Assembly: GCA_037444405.1 (NCBI GenBank)
Contig: JBBIML010000024.1
Span: 1-39,743 of the forward strand
Length of the DNA stretch: 39,743 bases
Source: Armatimonadota bacterium
Lineage (GTDB): Bacteria > Armatimonadota > Fimbriimonadia > Fimbriimonadales > GBS-DC
Direction: 5' to 3'
In this document: positions 35,610 through 39,743 of the stretch, one piece after another
Position numbering within the stretch: the stretch's first letter is position 1
How the letters are laid out: the number at the start of each line of letters is the position of its first letter
Made by a program: the position numbers and the translations under genes
The notes under the pieces: model-generated
Databases searched by the model: none
What the model was told of the DNA's origin: nothing
What the model saw: the letters and a program-made list of their open reading frames with translations, nothing else

Positions 35610-38178
35610 TGTAGTAGATGGGGTTCGTGAAGGAGAGCGGGTAGGTGTCCGGGTAGAGCGCGAGGAACCGCTCGCCCTTAACCAGCAGGATGAGCCAGCC
35701 GCTGGGCGCAGGCAGCTTTACCTCCAGCGTGCGCTTGAAGTTCAGGGGCGCATTCGCGGGCTGGTCAAGCGCGATCTCCTGCACCACTGTGCCGTTCACA
35801 ATCACCTGTAGCGTATTCACTCGCACCCACGAGGGCGCCCGTACCTCCACATTCAGGCGGACCGTGTTGCCACTCAGGGGGATGGTCTCGCCGATGCGGT
35901 AGGTGCGTCGCGGGTTCGCAGGATCGGCGGCGGTAAAGGTCAGCACAGCACTACCACACACCACCACATCACCCTTCCGCATCGCGGCGGTGAGCGCAGC
36001 GGGCGTCACCCGACGCGGCTCGCGATGACCGAAGTAGATGTAGGTGCGCGGGAAGCCCGGCTCCAGCCGATAGGCGTGATGGCTGTCGGTGTTGCCAATC
36101 GCCAGATAGCGCTTGCCCTGATTCAGAAAGTAGAACCAGTCCTGTATCACCTGCTGGGCGGTGATCACATCAGTGCCGTTCAGCACCTCGATGGCGTCGA
36201 AGTTATCGGCAAATTCGTTCGGCTTCTGAATTGTGCCCGTTTTGGGATCGAGCCCCACATAGGCGAAGTAGCCCATGCCTGCCGAGCGCGGATGGTTCAC
36301 CTGCACGATCAGATCGCCCTCGTAGTTGCGTCGCGCGGCATCAAAAATCTGCGCCGCGTTCAGGTCGTACCAGACCACCGCGCCATTATTGGGCAGGTCA
36401 GGATCGTAGCGTTGCGGATAGGCATTGAAGTGCCCCAGCGCCCAGATGGGTGTGATCTCCGTGCCCACGATGGAGGTGATCTGGTTCTGCACGCCCAGCT
36501 GCCGGATGACGGGCATATAGTCGGTGTTGATGTCGTGGTCGGTGGCGGTCAGAATCTGCACGCCGGCTGCCAGATATGCCTTCACTTTGTCGGCGAGGTG
36601 GTCGTTCGAGTCGGGCGATGGGATGGCATGCACATGGAAGTCGCCGCTGAGGTAGCCCGGCATCGGTGCGGTCTGGCGCAGGACGGCTTCGAACCGTTCG
36701 CGCTTGCCCGCGCTGAATTCCAGCTCGCGCTGGGCGATTTCGTATTCGAAGCCGTGCGTGAGCGTGATGCGGTACCTGCCTGGCTCCACCGGGATGGTCT
36801 CGTTGCCCGTGAGACTGAAATAGACGCGCTCGAAGCGCCCGAAGTCGCCCTCTTCGCCATACAGCACACGCTCCGAGTTGGGCATCTTGCCGCCGAGCCG
36901 CTCGAACACCACCGCGCAGGGTATCGGGCGTCGACGGTCGTCCATCACGCGGAAACTCAGCTGTGCGGGCGCGGCGAGCTGAACAGTGGGCGACGAGTTG
37001 CCGGGCAGGCGCGTGCTGAACTCCTGCGGGCTATGATGGTCGGCGAACACCATGCCGCGCCATTCGCCCTGGGGCAGGCGGGCGGTGAACTCGCCCTGTG
37101 AATCGGTGAGCGCGAGCGTGGTGAACTGCTCCTCGTTGTTGATGCGCTGGAACAGATAGACCCGCGCGTCGGGTATGGGCTTACCTGTGTTGTCCACCAC
37201 GCGCCCGCGTAGAGTCTCCAGTTGCGCATCGCTGTTCTGGAGCCGCCGCTGCTCGCGCCGAATCGTCTCCAGCTCGCCATCGGACACCGAGAACGCCCAG
37301 CGGACGCTGACGGAGCCATCGGGCGGCAGGGGCGCGTTATTCAACAACGCGATCAGGTAAATCTCCTCTGCCTTCTGGACCTGCTGGAACTCACCCTCAA
37401 GAGGGAAGACACCGTAGCTCAGGCGCGAGCCGACATTCGCGATGAAGGGGAACGAGGCGCGAACCGTCTGCAGCAGTCCCATCAGGGGCGGTCCAGCCGC
37501 TTTGCGCAGCGCGGCGGCTGCACTGCCAAACGGCGGCAGGTACATGCGCATGCCCTCGCCCTGAATCCAGCCCAGCACCAGCGTATAGTTCTGCGGCTTG
37601 CCCGCCGCGTTCGTGAGGCGGCACTCAATCTGGAGGGTGGGCGTGTCGGGGTAAAGCGTATAGGTGAGCGTGGCTTTCAGTCCGATGGGGCTGCTGGGCA
37701 TCCGCAACGCCTGATCCACTATCGGGAACCGTTCATCAACCGCTTCGACCTGCACAATCGCGGGCTTGTTCTCACCACCTGCCGAGAGGATGCTCACCTT
37801 CTCGGCGCGGAGCGTGCGCGCGTTCAGCAATCCGCGCCCATCGAACGCGCCCAGAAACAGCTCGCCGAGCAGGTCGGCATCGTGCCCGCCCTCGTTCAAA
37901 ATCGCGTCCAGCAGGCGTCCGCCGAAGCGCGAATAGCCCGATGTGCGCCGCGCGCCCGCCACCACAAAGGTCACCTGATGATTGCGTAGCACCACATCGC
38001 CCGGCTTGCCTTCCGCTTTGGGACCGCCTGGCAGGTCAGAATCTCTGGCGATAACGGCTTCAGCAACGCCACGAGGGGGAATGGGGATCGGTTTAAGGGG
38101 GCGTCCCGTGTCGTGCGCGATTGCGCTCACCACGATGATCAGCCACAGTCCGCACAGCCAGCCCGCTCGCGCCTTCAT
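35599..38178 (-). CDS. secreted CehA/McbA-type PHP-fold metallohydrolase with carboxypeptidase-regulatory-like domains
   Basis: AGGAG SD; signal peptide; LRGRVVDNTGKPIPDARV; GDFHVH; TDHD; GHFNAYP; VNHPR; AIEVLNG; GNTDSH; SFTNPIY. Confidence 0.85.
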   Translation of the reverse strand: MKARAGWLCGLWLIIVVSAIAHDTGRPLKPIPIPPRGVAEAVIARDSDLPGGPKAEGKPGDVVLRNHQVTFVVAGARRTSGYSRFGGRLLDAILNEGGHDADLLGELFLGAFDGRGLLNARTLRAEKVSILSAGGENKPAIVQVEAVDERFPIVDQALRMPSSPIGLKATLTYTLYPDTPTLQIECRLTNAAGKPQNYTLVLGWIQGEGMRMYLPPFGSAAAALRKAAGPPLMGLLQTVRASFPFIANVGSRLSYGVFPLEGEFQQVQKAEEIYLIALLNNAPLPPDGSVSVRWAFSVSDGELETIRREQRRLQNSDAQLETLRGRVVDNTGKPIPDARVYLFQRINNEEQFTTLALTDSQGEFTARLPQGEWRGMVFADHHSPQEFSTRLPGNSSPTVQLAAPAQLSFRVMDDRRRPIPCAVVFERLGGKMPNSERVLYGEEGDFGRFERVYFSLTGNETIPVEPGRYRITLTHGFEYEIAQRELEFSAGKRERFEAVLRQTAPMPGYLSGDFHVHAIPSPDSNDHLADKVKAYLAAGVQILTATDHDINTDYMPVIRQLGVQNQITSIVGTEITPIWALGHFNAYPQRYDPDLPNNGAVVWYDLNAAQIFDAARRNYEGDLIVQVNHPRSAGMGYFAYVGLDPKTGTIQKPNEFADNFDAIEVLNGTDVITAQQVIQDWFYFLNQGKRYLAIGNTDSHHAYRLEPGFPRTYIYFGHREPRRVTPAALTAAMRKGDVVVCGSAVLTFTAADPANPRRTYRIGETIPLSGNTVRLNVEVRAPSWVRVNTLQVIVNGTVVQEIALDQPANAPLNFKRTLEVKLPAPSGWLILLVKGERFLALYPDTYPLSFTNPIYYTTR

Positions 38179-38221
38179 CACCGTTTCTCCTTCTGACACG
38201 GGGTGAGGAGACTACCAAAAA

Positions 38222-38298
38222 TGGCAGGGGCGGCCGGATTCGAACCGACGACCTTCGGTTTTGGAGACCGACGCTCTACCAGCCTGAGCTACGCCCCT
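38222..38298 (-). tRNA. trpT: tRNA-Trp (CCA)
   Basis: AGGGGCGTAGCTCAGGCTGGTAGAGCGTCGGTCTCCAAAACCGAAGGTCGTCGGTTCGAATCCGGCCGCCCCTGCCA; cloverleaf with encoded CCA end. Confidence 0.96.
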
Positions 38299-38303
38299 GC
38301 GCA

Positions 38304-38468
38304 CTATTTCGCCTCGCGATGCATCACATGCTTGCGGCAGCGCGGGCAATACTTGCGCAACTCCAACCGATCCCGCTGCCGCTCGCGGTGCTTCGTCGTC
38401 GTGTAGTTCCGACTCTTGCACTCGGTACACGCGAGTACGATAATCACCCTTTTGCTAACCGTCGCCAT
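38304..38468 (-). CDS. rpmG: 50S ribosomal protein L33 (zinc-binding C+ form)
   Basis: [61 protein letters not shown]; 54 aa, below the ORF-track cutoff. Confidence 0.95.
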   Translation of the reverse strand: MATVSKRVIIVLACTECKSRNYTTTKHRERQRDRLELRKYCPRCRKHVMHREAK

Positions 38469-38525
38469 GATTATACCTCCAGCGGGGCGGTTTGGTTCCA
38501 GCCAGAGCAGGTCGGACGCATGGGC

Positions 38526-39743
38526 TTAATCGAGGATGTCCGTCACCACACCGGCACCCACCGTCCGACCACCCTCCCGTATCGCAAACCGCAAACCCTT
38601 CTCTATCGCCACCGGACTTATCAACTTCACCTCCATGTTCACATTATCCCCCGGCATCACCATCTCCACACCACTCGGCAACACAATCTCACCCGTCACA
38701 TCCGTCGTCCGAAAGTAAAACTGCGGACGATAACCCGTCACAAACGGCGTGTGACGACCACCCTCCTCCTTCCGCAACACATATACCTCCGCCTTGAAAT
38801 GACGATGCGGCGTGATACTCCCAGGCTTCGCTATCACCATCCCACGCTCCACATCGTCCCGATCTACCCCACGCAACAACAACCCTACATTATCCCCTGC
38901 CACCGCCTCGTCCAAAACCTTCCGAAACATCTCTATACTCGTCACCACCGTCTTCAACGGCTCCTCCCGAAAACCTATTATCTCCACCTCTTCGCCCGGC
39001 TTCAATACCCCACGCTCCACGCGACCCGTCGCCACCGTGCCACGACCCGTGATCGTGAACACATCCTCCACCGCCATCAAAAACGGCTTGTCCAACTCCC
39101 GCACCGGCAACGGAATATAACTGTCCACCGCGTCCAGCAACTCCCAGATCGCCCGAATCCACCGATCACCACTGTTGCGCGACCAGTCCGAATCCTCCGG
39201 CGCCTCCACCACCTTCAACGCACTGCCCCGAATAACCGGCACCTCATCACCCGGAAAACCATACTTGCTCAGCAACTCCCGAACCTCCAACTCCACCAAA
39301 TCCAACAGCTCAGGATCATCCACCGCGTCCACCTTGTTCATAAACACCACCAGCGCCGGCACATTCACCTGCCGCGCCAGCAAAATATGCTCCCGCGTCT
39401 GCGGCATCGGACCATCGGTGGCTGCCACCACCAAGATCGCCCCGTCCATCTGCGCAGCACCCGTGATCATATTCTTGATGTAGTCGGCGTGTCCGGGACA
39501 GTCCACATGGGCATAGTGGCGGTTCTCGGTCTGGTACTCGGCGTGATAGATGTTGATGGTAACGCCGCGGGCGCGCTCTTCGGGAGCGCTGTCGATGCGC
39601 TCGTAGGGCTGGTACTCGGCGAGACCGTGTTTGCTCAGCACGCGCGTGATGGCGGCGGTGAGGGTGGTCTTGCCGTGGTCGACATGACCGATCGTGCCGA
39701 TGTTGACATGCGGCTTCGTCCGCTCAAATTTCTGTCGTGCCAT
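38526..39743 (-). CDS. tuf: elongation factor Tu
   Basis: [34 protein letters not shown]. Confidence 0.99.
   Translation of the reverse strand: MARQKFERTKPHVNIGTIGHVDHGKTTLTAAITRVLSKHGLAEYQPYERIDSAPEERARGVTINIYHAEYQTENRHYAHVDCPGHADYIKNMITGAAQMDGAILVVAATDGPMPQTREHILLARQVNVPALVVFMNKVDAVDDPELLDLVELEVRELLSKYGFPGDEVPVIRGSALKVVEAPEDSDWSRNSGDRWIRAIWELLDAVDSYIPLPVRELDKPFLMAVEDVFTITGRGTVATGRVERGVLKPGEEVEIIGFREEPLKTVVTSIEMFRKVLDEAVAGDNVGLLLRGVDRDDVERGMVIAKPGSITPHRHFKAEVYVLRKEEGGRHTPFVTGYRPQFYFRTTDVTGEIVLPSGVEMVMPGDNVNMEVKLISPVAIEKGLRFAIREGGRTVGAGVVTDILD

Noticed and set aside
38222..38298. Integrative element at tRNA-Trp
   Set aside because: No integrase and no duplicated tRNA 3' end seen in the window.

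Overview
A GC-rich bacterial window, mostly housekeeping and metabolic genes. It probably comes from a thermophilic Armatimonadota (Fimbriimonadia-like) genome; this is inferred from the duplicated 'GDxNxDGxVDDxDLLxVLFxFG' C-terminal module and a DUF1559-type prepilin. In order it contains: a partial secreted protein, M14 carboxypeptidase, pyrF, TlpA, AraC, a GATase/deacetylase-like protein, a Spy-like protein plus dnaB, cstA, a BatA/vWA protein, a low-GC patch with a frameshifted small membrane ORF and a MITE/REP-like element, rlmN, a GH50-like hydrolase, a coiled-coil PD-(D/E)XK protein, flhA, tricorn S41 protease, flagellin with a sigma-28 promoter, a GMPP-PMM fusion, a LolA-like protein plus an ABC ATPase, a LacI-controlled glycan locus, a sugar epimerase, a PHP metallohydrolase, tRNA-Trp, rpmG and tuf. 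The strongest candidate for an undescribed system is the transporter-less LacI operon at 30.0-34.7 kb. It combines a prepilin-type protein, a GH16 enzyme and two paralogous secreted lectin-fold proteins carrying a dockerin-like tail. Other notable signals: a C-to-G/T synonymous codon switch inside tuf, a 31-bp promoter duplicated 11.7 kb apart (one copy points antisense into a small hydrophobic ORF), several apparently leaderless genes, and marked depletion of GGCC and ACGT.
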